Assembly (NCBI GenBank): GCA_963808625.1
Contig: CAWEHK010000018.1
Span: 64,001 to 128,000 of the forward strand
DNA length: 64,000 bases
Direction: 5' to 3'
Source of the DNA: an uncultured delta proteobacterium
GTDB lineage: Bacteria > Desulfobacterota > Syntrophobacteria > Syntrophobacterales > Syntrophobacteraceae
A program made the translations under genes and the position numbers. Position 1 is the first letter of the stretch, and each line of letters begins with the position of its first letter. Shown one piece after another: positions 1 through 10,847 of this stretch. The notes beneath the pieces are model-generated. The model was given only the letters and a program-made list of their open reading frames with translations. It ran no database searches and had not been told where the DNA came from.

Positions 1-20
1 ACACTGACGCGGAGCGATCT

Positions 21-956
21 TTAAAGAGACTTGTAGAAAGGCGACATCTTGTCCCAGAAATCGGGCTCACTGCATCCAATACAGGGGTGTCCCGCCTGCA
101 CCGGCCAACTCGTGCCGTCGTTGAATTTGACTATTGGGCAGTTGTTGTACGTTTCCGGTCCCTTGCATCCCACCTGGTAGAGGCAGTAGGCTTTCTTGGC
201 TTCAACGCTCTCGAACGAGGTCACAAACTCACCCATTTCAAAATGGGAACGACGCGGACACTGATCGTGGATCGTCTTTCCATAAGCAAAGAGCGGACGG
301 CCTTTGTCATCAAGTTCGGGCAGCTTGCCGAAAAGCAGGTAGTTCACTATGGTGCCAACAAAATTGATCGGGTTCGGAGGACATCCGGGAATGTTCAGCG
401 TGTTGATCCCGATGGCATCCTTGACACTCTTGGCTGCGGTGGGATTGGGAGCTGCGGCAGCGACCCCGCCGTAGGATGCGCAGGTACCGATAGCGATGGT
501 TGCCAGGGCCTTGGGGCAGACCTCCTTGGCGACCTGCAGGAAGGTCTTGCCGCCGATCATGCCATAGATGCCGTTTTCCGCAGTCGGAATGGCGCCATCC
601 ACAACACAGATGAACTTGCCCGGATACTTGGTGACCGTATCATGGAGAGACTTTTCCGCAGCCTCACCCGATGGCGCCATGATCGTTTCATGGTAGTCCA
701 GCGAGATGATATCCAACAACAAGGTATCGATCCAAGGATACGTCGTCCTCAGCAACGATTCGGCGCAACCGGTACATTCGGCGAAGGCAAGGTAGACTAC
801 CGGGGGCCGTGGAGCAGTGAGTGCTTCTGCGATCTTTGGTATGAATGATGATGAAAGTCCCATGGTGGCTGACAACAGGGTGCAGTATTTCATGAAATCC
901 CTTCGAGACACGCCCCTCTGTTCCAACCGCTGCTTTACGCTGTTCTCGTGTTCCAT
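21..956 (-). CDS. Periplasmic [NiFe] hydrogenase small subunit (Tat-exported)
   Basis: Tat motif [49 protein letters not shown] Fe-S motifs; GAGG RBS upstream. Confidence 0.96.
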   Translation of the reverse strand: MEHENSVKQRLEQRGVSRRDFMKYCTLLSATMGLSSSFIPKIAEALTAPRPPVVYLAFAECTGCAESLLRTTYPWIDTLLLDIISLDYHETIMAPSGEAAEKSLHDTVTKYPGKFICVVDGAIPTAENGIYGMIGGKTFLQVAKEVCPKALATIAIGTCASYGGVAAAAPNPTAAKSVKDAIGINTLNIPGCPPNPINFVGTIVNYLLFGKLPELDDKGRPLFAYGKTIHDQCPRRSHFEMGEFVTSFESVEAKKAYCLYQVGCKGPETYNNCPIVKFNDGTSWPVQAGHPCIGCSEPDFWDKMSPFYKSL

Positions 957-1204
957 AAAACACCTCCTCGAGCCGTTTAAAACCAGTGAATCTGCCTCAT
1001 GACAAGCATCTCATCGCCCGGTGACGAGGCATGAGAGGTAAAAGATTACCACCAACTCTTCCTGATCGCGTTCATCATTCACGCAGCCGTCAGGAAGACC
1101 CTTCCTGCTGCAACAACTAATGGAGATCGGAAAATGAGACATGCACTCGGAACGAGCCAGAACATGCAGAAAAACACTACCGCCTGAAGAATGTCAGCCG
1201 GAAT

Positions 1205-1233
1205 CTACTATCACCAGGAATACGAACTGTCAA
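1205..1233 (-). promoter_or_regulatory. Putative sigma-70 promoter of the hydrogenase operon
   Basis: Minus strand TTGACA-17nt-TAGTAG about 250 bp upstream of the start codon. Confidence 0.5.
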
Positions 1234-1272
1234 GAAAAGAAGTTGCAGTGCGAAAGCAATTACCATTTGCGA

Positions 1273-1449
1273 TCAGTTACTGATCGCTTCCGCCAGCTTG
1301 TCAATGATCCTTTTGGGTACGGGGTATGAATCCTGAGCAAAATAGAGCTTCAAAAGGTTCGGGTCAAACGCAATGCGTTCTGCAGCCTCTGCCAAGCTTA
1401 TGCCTTTGGCTTCCATGTTTCGGGACAGTTCAAGCTTCTGTGATTCCAT
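1273..1449 (-). CDS. Small 58-aa protein, possible XRE-like helix-turn-helix (below the ORF-track cutoff)
   Basis: Manual translation MESQKLELSRNMEAKGISLAEAAERIAFDPNLLKLYFAQDSYPVPKRIIDKLAEAISN; AAGAGG RBS upstream. Confidence 0.65.
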   Translation of the reverse strand: MESQKLELSRNMEAKGISLAEAAERIAFDPNLLKLYFAQDSYPVPKRIIDKLAEAISN

Positions 1450-1624
1450 GATGACCTCTTTCGTGGTGAGCTGTTTTCAAGCCCTCTTCAGGCAGAGGGG
1501 CGCCCGGAAGCGTAACGCTCAGCGCGTGCTCAGCGCCGGCTTCCATCGGATTCGAACGGCACCATTCTAGCGCAGCTAAAAACAAAAGGCCATAAGGATT
1601 ATCCTCATGGCCTTTCGTTATCAA

Positions 1625-1924
1625 AAAGGGAGGGCTCTCAGATTATTCCAATTCCGCTTCAACCGTTCAAAAGAGCTGCAACCATTCAACAGAACTTGAA
1701 GACCCACCGCCGCATCAGATGTCCCGATAGAATTTCCGCATGATGATCAACCCAGACAGCAACCGCTTCCACCTCATCCGCTCGAACATCCGCACCCGCT
1801 ACCACTCGCTTGTCCACTTCCGGCTTCGCTTCAACGTGAATTTACCACTTCAACTCGAACCCACAACTTCCGCTATCCACTTGAGATCAGAAATAACTTT
1901 GAAATGCAAACCTCTGAGAGTTCC
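1625..1924 (-). repeat. Degenerate G(C/T)GGA-rich tract closed by an inverted repeat; candidate structured RNA
   Basis: CTCTCAGA (1635-1642) / TCTGAGAG (1913-1920) inverted repeat; about 11 GGA on the minus strand and none seen on plus; T-tract after the stem on minus. Confidence 0.4.
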
Positions 1925-2371
1925 CTACTCAACTGTAAAGCCGGGTATGCCTTCGAAACCAAGTTCCGGTCCCTCTTCAATATTCTCAACTGACGTTAAT
2001 TTCGCTTTCGAGCGCGCAGAGGACAAAGCAGCTTCCAATTCAACCAGATCGAAGGGTTTCTTGAGAAATGACCGCACTACAACGGGATCAAGATCTTTCG
2101 CCACAGCCTCAAAGTCATATTCCGAAAGAAGAATCGCAGCTACATCGGGGACAATCCGCTTCAACTTTTCCAGCAACGCCACGCCATTTGCATCGGGAAG
2201 GTGATATTCCGCAATCACAATCGCAGGATCAAGTCTCTCCGCCAGCGCTAACGCCTCACGAGCAGTCGCACAACACTCGAAAGCATACCCAGCTCGTTCC
2301 AAATACTTTTCCAAAGAACGTCTTAAGGAAGCCTCATCCTCAACTACCAACACTTGAAATTCAGCATTCAC
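1925..2371 (-). CDS. Stand-alone receiver-domain protein with Glu at the phospho-acceptor position
   Basis: VLVVEDE, IVIAEYHLPD, FLKKP; start reassigned to GTG at 2371 because a GGAGG RBS and a sigma-54 promoter lie inside the longer ORF. Confidence 0.85.
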   Translation of the reverse strand: MNAEFQVLVVEDEASLRRSLEKYLERAGYAFECCATAREALALAERLDPAIVIAEYHLPDANGVALLEKLKRIVPDVAAILLSEYDFEAVAKDLDPVVVRSFLKKPFDLVELEAALSSARSKAKLTSVENIEEGPELGFEGIPGFTVE

Positions 2372-2394
2372 CAGCAGCCTCCGCCCTGACACAT

Positions 2395-2410
2395 AGCAAA
2401 GTGCATGCCA
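2395..2410 (-). promoter_or_regulatory. Sigma-54 (-24/-12) promoter
   Basis: Minus strand TGGCATGCACTTTGCT matches TGGCAY-N5-TTGCW with GG-N10-GC spacing. Confidence 0.8.
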
Positions 2411-2630
2411 TGAACACATAAACTCCTGTTTCCCTGATACACAAGGAATTCCAGGCTATCAAGGCCACACCAGGAGTGGGGAGAATGACGAATATTCTCC
2501 ACCACGCCCTTCCCACGCTCAAGAAGATTATGCTTGTTGGCAGTTTGTTTTAATGATTCTAAACTGTTATGGATTTATGAAGACTATTGTTTAGTCCGGC
2601 TGGAATTTGCACATTATTCGACACTGTTTG

Positions 2631-4013
2631 TCACTCGGCGATGCCGAGTTTTTTCAGTCGATAAATGAGAACGTGTCTTGGCATCTTGAGAAAACGTGCC
2701 GTTCTTGACTTGTTTCTCTGGCATTTTTCGTAAGCTTCCAGAATTATTTGTTTTTCTATCTCTTCCAGGGCAATCCCCTGATCGGGAAACTCGACGCGGA
2801 GGACATCGGCCACGGCGGGTGTCTCGGTGCTCACGCGGTGTCCCAGAAAATGCAGGTGCCTGGCAAGAATGGTATCTTCATTTTCAAGCAGGATTACCCG
2901 CTCGATCGTGTTCCTCAGTTCGCGCACGTTCCCCGGCCAGGAATGCGTCAGGAGCAGGCGTTCAGCCTCCGAGCTGACTCTCCGAAAGCGTTTGCCGTAC
3001 TTATCGTTAAAATCGTCCATGAAGAACTGCACCAGCGGCGGAATATCTTCGGTGCGCTCACGCAATGGCGGCAGATCAATGCGTATCGTTGCCAGTCTGA
3101 AAAACAGGTCCTTTCGAAATCGCCCCACTTCCGCGCCCTGCCAGAGATCGCGATTGCAGGCGGAAATAATGCGAATGTCCACGGTTTTCTTGCGCGTTCC
3201 TCCAATTGGATAGAATTCTTGTTCTTCCAGAACGCGCAGCAACTTGGCCTGGATTTCCGAATGCAGGTCGATCACCTCGTCCAGAAAAAGGGTGCCGCCG
3301 TCTGCAACCTCGAGCAACCCTTCCTTTCCCTCCGCACGCGCTCCGGTGAAGGCCCCCTTTTCATAGCCAAAGAGCTCGCTTTCGATGATTTCCGCACTGA
3401 ATGCGGCACAGTTGAGCGCCACAAAGGGATAATTGGCCCGGGGGCTCTGGGCATGAATGAGCCGCGCAAAAAGCTCTTTCCCAGCCCCGCTCTCACCCTG
3501 CAGAAGGACCCCGGCGTCGCGGCTCTGAGCGCTCTTTATGGCGAGCATCTGGGCCTCGAGGAACTTCGGGTTCAGGCCGATGAAGCGATCGACCTTCTGC
3601 AGTCGCTGCACCTCCTGGCGAAGCCGGTCAACTTCATTTCTAAGCCCGGCATGCTCCAGGGCCGTCTGGATGGTAAATTCGAATTCATCGAGGTCCACGG
3701 GCTTGACAAGGTAGTCGAACGCCCCGCGTTTGATGGCGGTGACGACATCTTTGACCTGTTCGTAGGCGGTGATCATCACCACCGTAGGCGAAGGGCGCAG
3801 TTCCTTAAATTGCGACAGGATCTCGAGCCCGCTCGCATCGGGCAGGGCCACGTCGAGAAGGACCAGGTCCGGTTCCTCTCGATAGGCAGAATTGAGGCCT
3901 TTGGCGCCCGTATCGGCCTCGATAACGAGATATTTCTTCTCCAGTAAACGCCGTAGAGCAGAGCGAAAAGGGGCTTCATCATCCACGATGAGAATCTTCT
4001 GAGTATTGCGCAT
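2631..4013 (-). CDS. NtrC-family sigma-54-dependent response regulator
   Basis: Receiver (LVLLD), Walker A GESGAGKE, GAFTGA, FLDE, WPGNVREL, C-terminal Fis-type HTH. Confidence 0.97.
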   Translation of the reverse strand: MRNTQKILIVDDEAPFRSALRRLLEKKYLVIEADTGAKGLNSAYREEPDLVLLDVALPDASGLEILSQFKELRPSPTVVMITAYEQVKDVVTAIKRGAFDYLVKPVDLDEFEFTIQTALEHAGLRNEVDRLRQEVQRLQKVDRFIGLNPKFLEAQMLAIKSAQSRDAGVLLQGESGAGKELFARLIHAQSPRANYPFVALNCAAFSAEIIESELFGYEKGAFTGARAEGKEGLLEVADGGTLFLDEVIDLHSEIQAKLLRVLEEQEFYPIGGTRKKTVDIRIISACNRDLWQGAEVGRFRKDLFFRLATIRIDLPPLRERTEDIPPLVQFFMDDFNDKYGKRFRRVSSEAERLLLTHSWPGNVRELRNTIERVILLENEDTILARHLHFLGHRVSTETPAVADVLRVEFPDQGIALEEIEKQIILEAYEKCQRNKSRTARFLKMPRHVLIYRLKKLGIAE

Positions 4014-4210
4014 AAGAGGATTTCCTAATTGAGCAGTCTATTTTGCCCGAAAGGTTAACCGGCTATGGAGAAAATATTCATCTACTAAAGTCCTTTGAAC
4101 CAGGCCCAAGCTCCTGAGTAGTTCGGCCTTAATCACACTTATATCACACTCACGCGGCTCCGGTCGAGATGACAACGCAGAAGCCGAAAATGAAAGGGCA
4201 TCCACCTATT

Positions 4211-4762
4211 TTAAATAGGCCCTTCTTCCACCATAAGCTGTACCCAGGCGGAATCATTACGACCCCACTCACGCAGGGCTTGCTCGATCCCCCACCCGGC
4301 GGCCAGTTCTTTTCCGACGGCGCTCACCAGCGCTTCCTTTGCGTCCGCTTTCAGGGTGGTCTGGAGTGCCGGGCACAGGTAGTGGACGCAGTAGTAGTAA
4401 CGGGCCCGGAGCTTGCACCCCGTTGCTTCCAACAAAAAAACAACTTTCCGCCACCTCTCGAGAGTCGGGAAGAGCAACCCCCATAAGGAGGTTGATCAGG
4501 AGGAGGATACGGTCGTAGCCGGTCTCGATCCCCTCAAAGCAGCAACTTCCCGGCCCTTTTTCCGCACAAGCGGTGCATGCTGCGGTCACGCCCAACTCGT
4601 GCATCAGGCCTTGAGTCTCATCAATAGCGTGACGATAGAGGGTGAGCAACCGCAGTATTTCCGGCTGCCGGCCGAGAACGCGCCCGAAATGGTCGAAGAG
4701 CGCTCTGGCCGAAGTGATCTCGCGGAGCAGTTTCTGTTCTTGGGACGATTTCATGGTGAGAT
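4211..4762 (-). CDS. Cysteine-cluster protein (YkgJ-like); apparent frameshift near 4420; start approximate
   Basis: CTAC...SCC...SCFFVG continues into GCKLRARYYYCVHYLC if one G of a GGGG run is removed. Confidence 0.65.
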
Positions 4763-4812
4763 GCACCGGCCCGGGCGGGTTGCGGAAAAGGGGCGAGGCG
4801 AAACGGAAGATT

Positions 4813-5508
4813 TCACGGCGCGGCAAGGTCACGGAGGGAATCGTGGAGACAATTCTCCGGCTGATAACCCCGGAGGCGAGCAAGGTTGACTAAACCCAGC
4901 AGGAGTTTCCCAAAGGCGTCTGAAGATACCGGAATGCCATCAAGCAGCTCCCTTGACAAGGCCTGGCTCTTCACCGCAAATTCCTCTGCCCGGGATTTGA
5001 GGTCATTCCAGGGAGAGCCCTCATCGTGGGAGAGACGTGACACCATCCGGTAGCCTCGCATCAGCGCGGGCAGGGATTGCGGAATCCCTCCGGAGCTTTT
5101 CCCCGTGGCGGCCTTTTCGTTCGCCTTGATCTTCTCCCAGTTATCGCGCACTTCCTGGGCAGTCTCCGCCGTTGCATCACCAAAAACATGAGGATGACGG
5201 CGTATCATCTTGTCGCAAATCAAATCACCCACCTCATCCAACCGAAACAAGCCCTTTTCTTCGTACAAATGGACGAGAAAGAGCACCATGAAAATGAGGT
5301 CGCCCAGCTCCTCCGCCACTTCCCGAACATGGCCCGCACGCACGGCTGCGGCAGCTTCATGAGCCTCTTCGATCAGGTATGTCTGCACACTTTCCGGAGT
5401 CTGTTTGCGATCCCACGGACAGCCCGCCTCGCCGCGGAGCCGGTCGATGATCTCCCAGATAGCGCGAAGCTTTTCCCAGCGAATGTCAGCGCTCTCCGGA
5501 GCTCTCAA
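4813..5508 (-). CDS. mazG: MazG-family nucleoside triphosphate pyrophosphohydrolase
   Basis: GCPWDRKQT, EEAHE, EELGDL, KMIRRHPHVFG. Confidence 0.92.
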   Translation of the reverse strand: MRAPESADIRWEKLRAIWEIIDRLRGEAGCPWDRKQTPESVQTYLIEEAHEAAAAVRAGHVREVAEELGDLIFMVLFLVHLYEEKGLFRLDEVGDLICDKMIRRHPHVFGDATAETAQEVRDNWEKIKANEKAATGKSSGGIPQSLPALMRGYRMVSRLSHDEGSPWNDLKSRAEEFAVKSQALSRELLDGIPVSSDAFGKLLLGLVNLARLRGYQPENCLHDSLRDLAAP

Positions 5509-6084
5509 CTCTTCCTCGCTTCCGCGGTCACCGATTCAACCCGTGAGTTCTTCTCACTGCGCTCCAGCCAGTCATGTTTGAGCGCTTTTTGCTTTTCCTC
5601 GAATAGCTTTTGAAGGTTTTCGGGGGTCGCCTTGAGCAGCAGCTGGGCACCCTGCTGAATGAAAGGCGTCAGGTATGACTGAGCCAGCAGAGGGCTCTTC
5701 GGCGAGAGGAGGAGCGTTAGCGACGCAACGACAATCACGGCCAGGACGAAGGCCTTCGCCATGCCCACCGCACCCCCAAGAAGCCGGTCAAGGAACCCGA
5801 GGCTGGTGCGGCGAAGCAATTTTGCTATCCAGTAGCCGGCCAGCCCGAAACAGACCCAGGTAAGGAGGAAGATCACGATGAAGCTCACCGCCGCAGCCCC
5901 CGGAAGACCGGGAAAAACCCTGGAGAGTTGTGCTGCCACGGATTCGTAGGAGTGAGCTGCCAGCAGGAAGCCGCCGATGACCCCGGCAATCCCGAAGATT
6001 TGGGAGACCGCTCCCCGAAACATTCCGCGCGCCAAACAAACAATGGCCGATACCGATGAGGAACCAATCGAGTCCGTTCATCAT
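5505..6084 (-). CDS. cvpA: CvpA (colicin V production) family membrane protein; apparent frameshift near 6047
   Basis: MNGLDWFLIGI joins ARGMFRGAVSQIF; LDRLLGGAVG motif. Confidence 0.85.
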
Positions 6085-6292
6085 CTTCCCTGCTGCCTGG
6101 TTGAACTTTGCTTTTCCTCAGACTGAATAAGTAAGCCCCGGACTATCGATCCGGGGCCTACCGCTAGAAATCTACCGCACTGTTTTTCCTGGCTGAAATT
6201 CCCTCCGCAAGCCCCCAATCCGTTCCTGCCCCCGGGGAATGTGCTCCGGTCGGGTGCAGAAAGCAAAAGGAGCTTACCGGACTGCTGCGAAT

Positions 6293-7909
6293 TTAACAGC
6301 CGATCTGTTTGAAGAAGTCATTCCCCTTGTCATCCACCAGGATGAAGGCCGGGAAGTCCTCGACCTCGATCTTCCAGATGGCTTCCATGCCCAGTTCCGG
6401 ATATTCAAGGACCTCGACCTTCTTGATGTTTTCCTTGGCAAGCAGGGCCGCCGGGCCGCCAATGGAGCCGAGGTAGAAACCGCCGTGCTTCTTGCACGCA
6501 TCGGTCACCTGCTGGGTGCGGTTGCCCTTGGCGATCATGACCATCGAGCCGCCATTGGACTGGAAAAGGTCCACATAGGAATCCATGCGCCCGGCAGTGG
6601 TCGGTCCGAAAGAACCGGAGGGCATGCCCTTGGGCGTCTTGGCGGGGCCGGCATAGTAAATGGGATGGTCCTTCATGTACTGCGGCATCCCTTCACCCTT
6701 GTCGATCCGCTCTTTCAGCTTCGCGTGGGCGATGTCGCGCCCCACGATCAGGGTGCCGGTAAGCGAAAGCTGGGTGGTGACCGGATACTTGGTCAGCTCG
6801 GCCAGGATCTCTTTCATCGGCCGGTTCAGGTCGATCTTCACGACGCCATGTTCATGCTTGCCGCGATACTTATCGGGAATGAAGCGGCCGGGGTTGCGCT
6901 CCATCTCTTCCAGCCAGATGCCGTCCTTGTTGATCTTGGCCTTGATGTTGCGGTCGGCGGAGCAGGAAACGCCCATGGCCACCGGACAGGAAGCGCCATG
7001 GCGGGGCAGGCGAACGATCCGGACATCCAGGACGAAATGCTTGCCGCCGAACTGAGCGCCGTAGCCGCTCTTGTAGGCAGCCTGCAGGATCTTTTCTTCC
7101 ATCTCCAGGTCGCGGAAGGCCTGTCCGCCCTCATTGCCCTTCGTGGGAAGGTTGTCCAGGTAGCCCGTGCTGGCCAGCTTAACCGTCTTCAGGCAACCTT
7201 CGGCCGAGGTGCCGCCAATGACGAAGGCCAGATGGTAGGGCGGGCATGCTGCGGTCCCGAGGCTCTTCATCTTCTCGACCAGGAACTTTTCCAGGCTGGC
7301 CGGATTCAGCAATGCTTTCGTTTCCTGATACAGCATGGTCTTGTTCGCGGAACCGCCACCCTTGGCAACAAAGAGGAACTTGTATTCCATGCCCTGCGTC
7401 GCGTAAAGATCGATCTGAGCGGGCATGTTGGTGCCGGAATTGATTTCGTCGTACATGTTCAGCGGAATCGTCTGCGAATAGCGCAGATTTTCTTCGGTGT
7501 AGGTCTTGTGAACACCCTTGCTGAGATACTCCTCGTCATTGGCCCCGGTCCAGACCTGCTGTCCCTTTTTGCCGACAATGGTCGCCGTGCCGGTGTCCTG
7601 GCAGAGCGGGAGCAGACCCTCGGCGGAAACTTCAGCGTTTCTCAGCAGGGCGATGGCCACGCCTCGTTCATTGGGAGAAGATTCCGGGTCAGTCAGGATT
7701 GCCGCCACCTTTTCCAGGTGCGCCGGGCGCAGCAGGAAGGAAACATCCCGCATGGCGCTGTTGGCAAGAAAGGCGAGTCCTTCCGGGTCGACCTTGAGGA
7801 TCTCTTTGCCGTCAAAATTGACGGTGGAAACATAATCCTTGGTCAGCAGACGGTATTTCGTGTCATCTTTGGTCTGGGGAAACGGTTCTTGATACTTGAA
7901 CTCTGGCAT
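6293..7909 (-). CDS. Class I (Fe-S) fumarate hydratase, single chain
   Basis: [37 protein letters not shown]. Confidence 0.97.
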   Translation of the reverse strand: MPEFKYQEPFPQTKDDTKYRLLTKDYVSTVNFDGKEILKVDPEGLAFLANSAMRDVSFLLRPAHLEKVAAILTDPESSPNERGVAIALLRNAEVSAEGLLPLCQDTGTATIVGKKGQQVWTGANDEEYLSKGVHKTYTEENLRYSQTIPLNMYDEINSGTNMPAQIDLYATQGMEYKFLFVAKGGGSANKTMLYQETKALLNPASLEKFLVEKMKSLGTAACPPYHLAFVIGGTSAEGCLKTVKLASTGYLDNLPTKGNEGGQAFRDLEMEEKILQAAYKSGYGAQFGGKHFVLDVRIVRLPRHGASCPVAMGVSCSADRNIKAKINKDGIWLEEMERNPGRFIPDKYRGKHEHGVVKIDLNRPMKEILAELTKYPVTTQLSLTGTLIVGRDIAHAKLKERIDKGEGMPQYMKDHPIYYAGPAKTPKGMPSGSFGPTTAGRMDSYVDLFQSNGGSMVMIAKGNRTQQVTDACKKHGGFYLGSIGGPAALLAKENIKKVEVLEYPELGMEAIWKIEVEDFPAFILVDDKGNDFFKQIGC

Positions 7910-8228
7910 TTTTAACTCCTTTACCTACAGTGTTTCAGATTCAATGAGCACGAGGGCGAACTCAGAACTTACGCGGCTATCATATTGAAAAAATATTCAC
8001 ATGTCGAGCCTTGAGTTTGCAGGTTTCATGATTTTCTATTCGATTGTTTTGGGACCCTGACTTTCGAGGTGGCGGCCGAAAGCCGCCGTTTTTTCTGGAT
8101 GGGGAAAGCTCTTAGGAATAATTTCCGAGACAGGCGTTAGGCATCGAGATGCTTGAAGAAGCATGAAAAAAGAGCGCAAAACCACATTGCGCCGGTTCTC
8201 GCAGAACAATATGATCTTCATCCCGGTC

Positions 8229-8740
8229 TCAGGCACCGGCAGAAGCTTTGATCTCTTCCAAGGCTGCCTTGAGCTTCGCCTCATCGGTGTGCAGCAGGGA
8301 AGTATGGAGCACCTTGCCTCCGAAAGTTGCTTAATTCATCGAGGCACCTTTTCCAGGTGCGCTCTGACCAGGATGCACAGAGCCGACGAGCCGGGTTTCA
8401 GATGCTCGGCGAGGTCCTCCATGAAATCTTCGTCGATGCCGACATGAGACATGGCTCCGGAAATTCCCCCGACGACAAGGCCCGTTGCCAAACCGAGGAG
8501 TGCAAAAACAGGACTGAGCAGCAAAATCCCCACAAGCGTACCCAGGAACCCTCCGCTCATGGCGCCCCCAATGGCAAAATGAGCCACATGATGAAGCCTG
8601 ACCTTGCCCTCCTGGTTCCTGACTAAAACGACGGAGTCTTCCAGGTCGATGAGATGTGCGGCTTCCTTTTTCCGCAACTCGAGTCGCACCTCTTCCGCCT
8701 TGAATTCATTAGCAAAGATGGCAACAACCAATTCACTCAT
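8229..8740 (-). CDS. DUF1269-family membrane protein; two apparent +1 indels near 8325-8345
   Basis: Glycine-zipper TM segment, GIDEDFM, PGSSAL; frame-corrected end GGKVLHTSL...KLKAALE; GGAGG RBS. Confidence 0.85.
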
Positions 8741-9244
8741 GGCCTCCTCCTTTCTCTTGCAGAAAATTCTCTGCTCATCACCCCTCAAGACGCTTGGTAC
8801 ACCCCCTGGCAAATTTATAGCGCTCTTACTATTTTAGAGTAATTACCGACAATACCGTGTCAAGGCGCTCTTGCAGAACATTTGAAACCAGGGAAAACGG
8901 TCTTCCGATTTGGGTATCAATACATTCTGAGGCTCACAGCCATTACCTCAACGACTTGGCTCTTCAGATGGAACTGGCGGGAAATGCTGGCTCACGATTT
9001 CTTGTACCTCTTCAAGCCAGCGTTTTTTCTGCTCCAAAGTGCTGACAACAACGACACTGAAAATTTTTCGAAATTTTCGGCGTCAAAACCGGCAACTCGT
9101 TCAGGATCGTGCGGGCTGCCCGCCGATGGTCCACCATCGCCGGAACCTGAGCCTCGGGCGGCCAGATCGGGCAACGCCCGGTCTGGGACAGGAGTGCTCC
9201 GCTTTATCAATGGATTGATGATGCAAACCAGGACAACGCATATT

Positions 9245-10210
9245 TCAAACCACCCGTCTCAATTCTTCGACTGCCTTGAGCACCTCGTCTTTCGTATCAG
9301 CCCGGAACACGCTGTTCCGTAAGGGTTTCGTTCCCCTTAGCCCTCTCGTATACCAGATGAAGAATTTGCGGAAGCAGGCGATCCCCCTCTTTTCCCCATA
9401 ATACTGAACCACAAGGTTAAGATGGTTCGTGATTGTAGTGATGCGTTCATCGATACCGGGTTTTTCGCAAAGCGTGCCGTCTTGAAAGAACCTGATTACT
9501 TCCCTGTATATCCACGGGTATCCAAGGGAGCCTCGGGCAATGGCCACGCCGTCGCAACCGGTCTCATCAAACATCTTTTTGATTGAATGCACTGAGAGGT
9601 TGTCGCCGCTGGCAATGACGGGTATTGCCAAGGCCTTTTTCACTTCCTGTATGGTCCGGTAATCTACCTTTCCGCCATACCCCTGACTCCTCGTTCTCCC
9701 GTGTATGAAGAGAGCACTGACACCGGCATCCTCGGCACAGAGGGCAACCCGCCGTGCGTTCACCGAGGTGGCGTCCCATCCTGTCCTGATTTTCACCGTC
9801 ACCGGGACCTTAGCGTGTTCAACGAGCACTTTAAGCAGCTTTCCAAGCGTGTGGGGCTCTCTGAGGAGGGCTGCCCCTTTGCCTTTGCGCGTTACTTTGG
9901 GTGCGGGACAGGCAGCATTAAGATCAAGAAGATCGAAATCATGATCTTCAATGGCTTCGAGGGCTTTCACGAAATATGCTTCATCATTACCCAAAAGCTG
10001 AATTCCCAGAGGCCGGTCATCGGGGGTGGAGGTGAGCATACGGCGGGTTCTCTTTTCACCCTGACTTATGGCCCTTGCATCAATCATCTCAGTAAATGCC
10101 AGCGGAGCACCGAAGGAACGGGTAACAATCCGAAAGGGAAGATCACTCACCCCGGCCATGGGAGCAAGCATAAAGGGGACAGACAGCGTAATATTGCCAA
10201 TTTTAAGCAC
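9245..10210 (-). CDS. dusB: tRNA-dihydrouridine synthase B
   Basis: LAPMAGVSD, DLNAACP, VTVKIR, IHGRT. Confidence 0.93.
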   Translation of the reverse strand: MLKIGNITLSVPFMLAPMAGVSDLPFRIVTRSFGAPLAFTEMIDARAISQGEKRTRRMLTSTPDDRPLGIQLLGNDEAYFVKALEAIEDHDFDLLDLNAACPAPKVTRKGKGAALLREPHTLGKLLKVLVEHAKVPVTVKIRTGWDATSVNARRVALCAEDAGVSALFIHGRTRSQGYGGKVDYRTIQEVKKALAIPVIASGDNLSVHSIKKMFDETGCDGVAIARGSLGYPWIYREVIRFFQDGTLCEKPGIDERITTITNHLNLVVQYYGEKRGIACFRKFFIWYTRGLRGTKPLRNSVFRADTKDEVLKAVEELRRVV

Positions 10211-10597
10211 GCTTTATGCTATCCTTCAGTTTCCCTGGGCGAGCTCGGCTTTTTCTCTTTAGCCCACACTTCCCAGTCATATGGTAAATTGATGAATCTC
10301 CGACAAAGGGTAACCATAGAGGTAGCCCCCGAGGAAGATACCATGAATCCTTCGCGAACGCCAGACGCCCTTCCACAACGCAGTAGATTGGATCTCCCCA
10401 GACTGCTGGATCGTAGCACCAATTGTCAAATTGACACGCTGATTAGGCAAAATGGGTGCAATTAGAAGTGGGAGTTGTGACAGATCTGAACGCAACAATA
10501 ATAGCTTTGGACATACCCAAATCGTCATTACGGCACGCTTTAAGCCGGAATCCAGGAGTACATCTGCAGCGGTGAAACTGCCCTGGATTCCGGCTAG

Positions 10598-10713
10598 TAC
10601 GCGTGGGCGGAAGTCACTAATTGGTTTCGGCTGGTAGGGGCGACCGGCCGGTCGCCCCTACACAATCCGGTTGAATCGTCGCTGAACTGACCAGAAACTT
10701 CCGCCCGGCTGTA
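10598..10713. mobile_element. 116-bp MITE carrying a GTAG-type REP palindrome
   Basis: Imperfect TIRs TAC..GGGCGGAAGT, flanks CTAG/CCAG, perfect palindrome GTAGGGGCGACCGGCCGGTCGCCCCTAC (10634-10661); homologous to 22381-22496. Confidence 0.8.
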
Positions 10714-10717
10714 CCAG

Positions 10718-10847
10718 TACACATGGGCATAAGTTCGTGCATGTTTGCGGTGGGCAAAAAAACCTGCCCACCCTACGCCGGGAACACTGTAGGGTGGGCA
10801 CAGCTTCACCGTGCCCACCGGAACTGGCTACTATTTCGGCCCAGTTA
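10718..10847. mobile_element. 130-bp MITE with related ends carrying an inverted GTAGGGTGGGCA REP doublet
   Basis: REP copies at 10749-10776 (minus) and 10789-10819 (plus); ends TACACATGGGCATAAGT / ATTTCGGCCCAGTTA; flanks CCAG/CTAG. Confidence 0.7.

Noticed and set aside
1430..1624. 64-aa ORF MITKGHED
   Set aside because: No recognisable motif and it overlaps the RBS and start of the better 58-aa ORF.
6239..7915. Long antisense ORFs (for example 6239-7915, 2748-3947, 29168-30634, 47145-48419)
   Set aside because: Shadow frames of GC-rich genes on the opposite strand.
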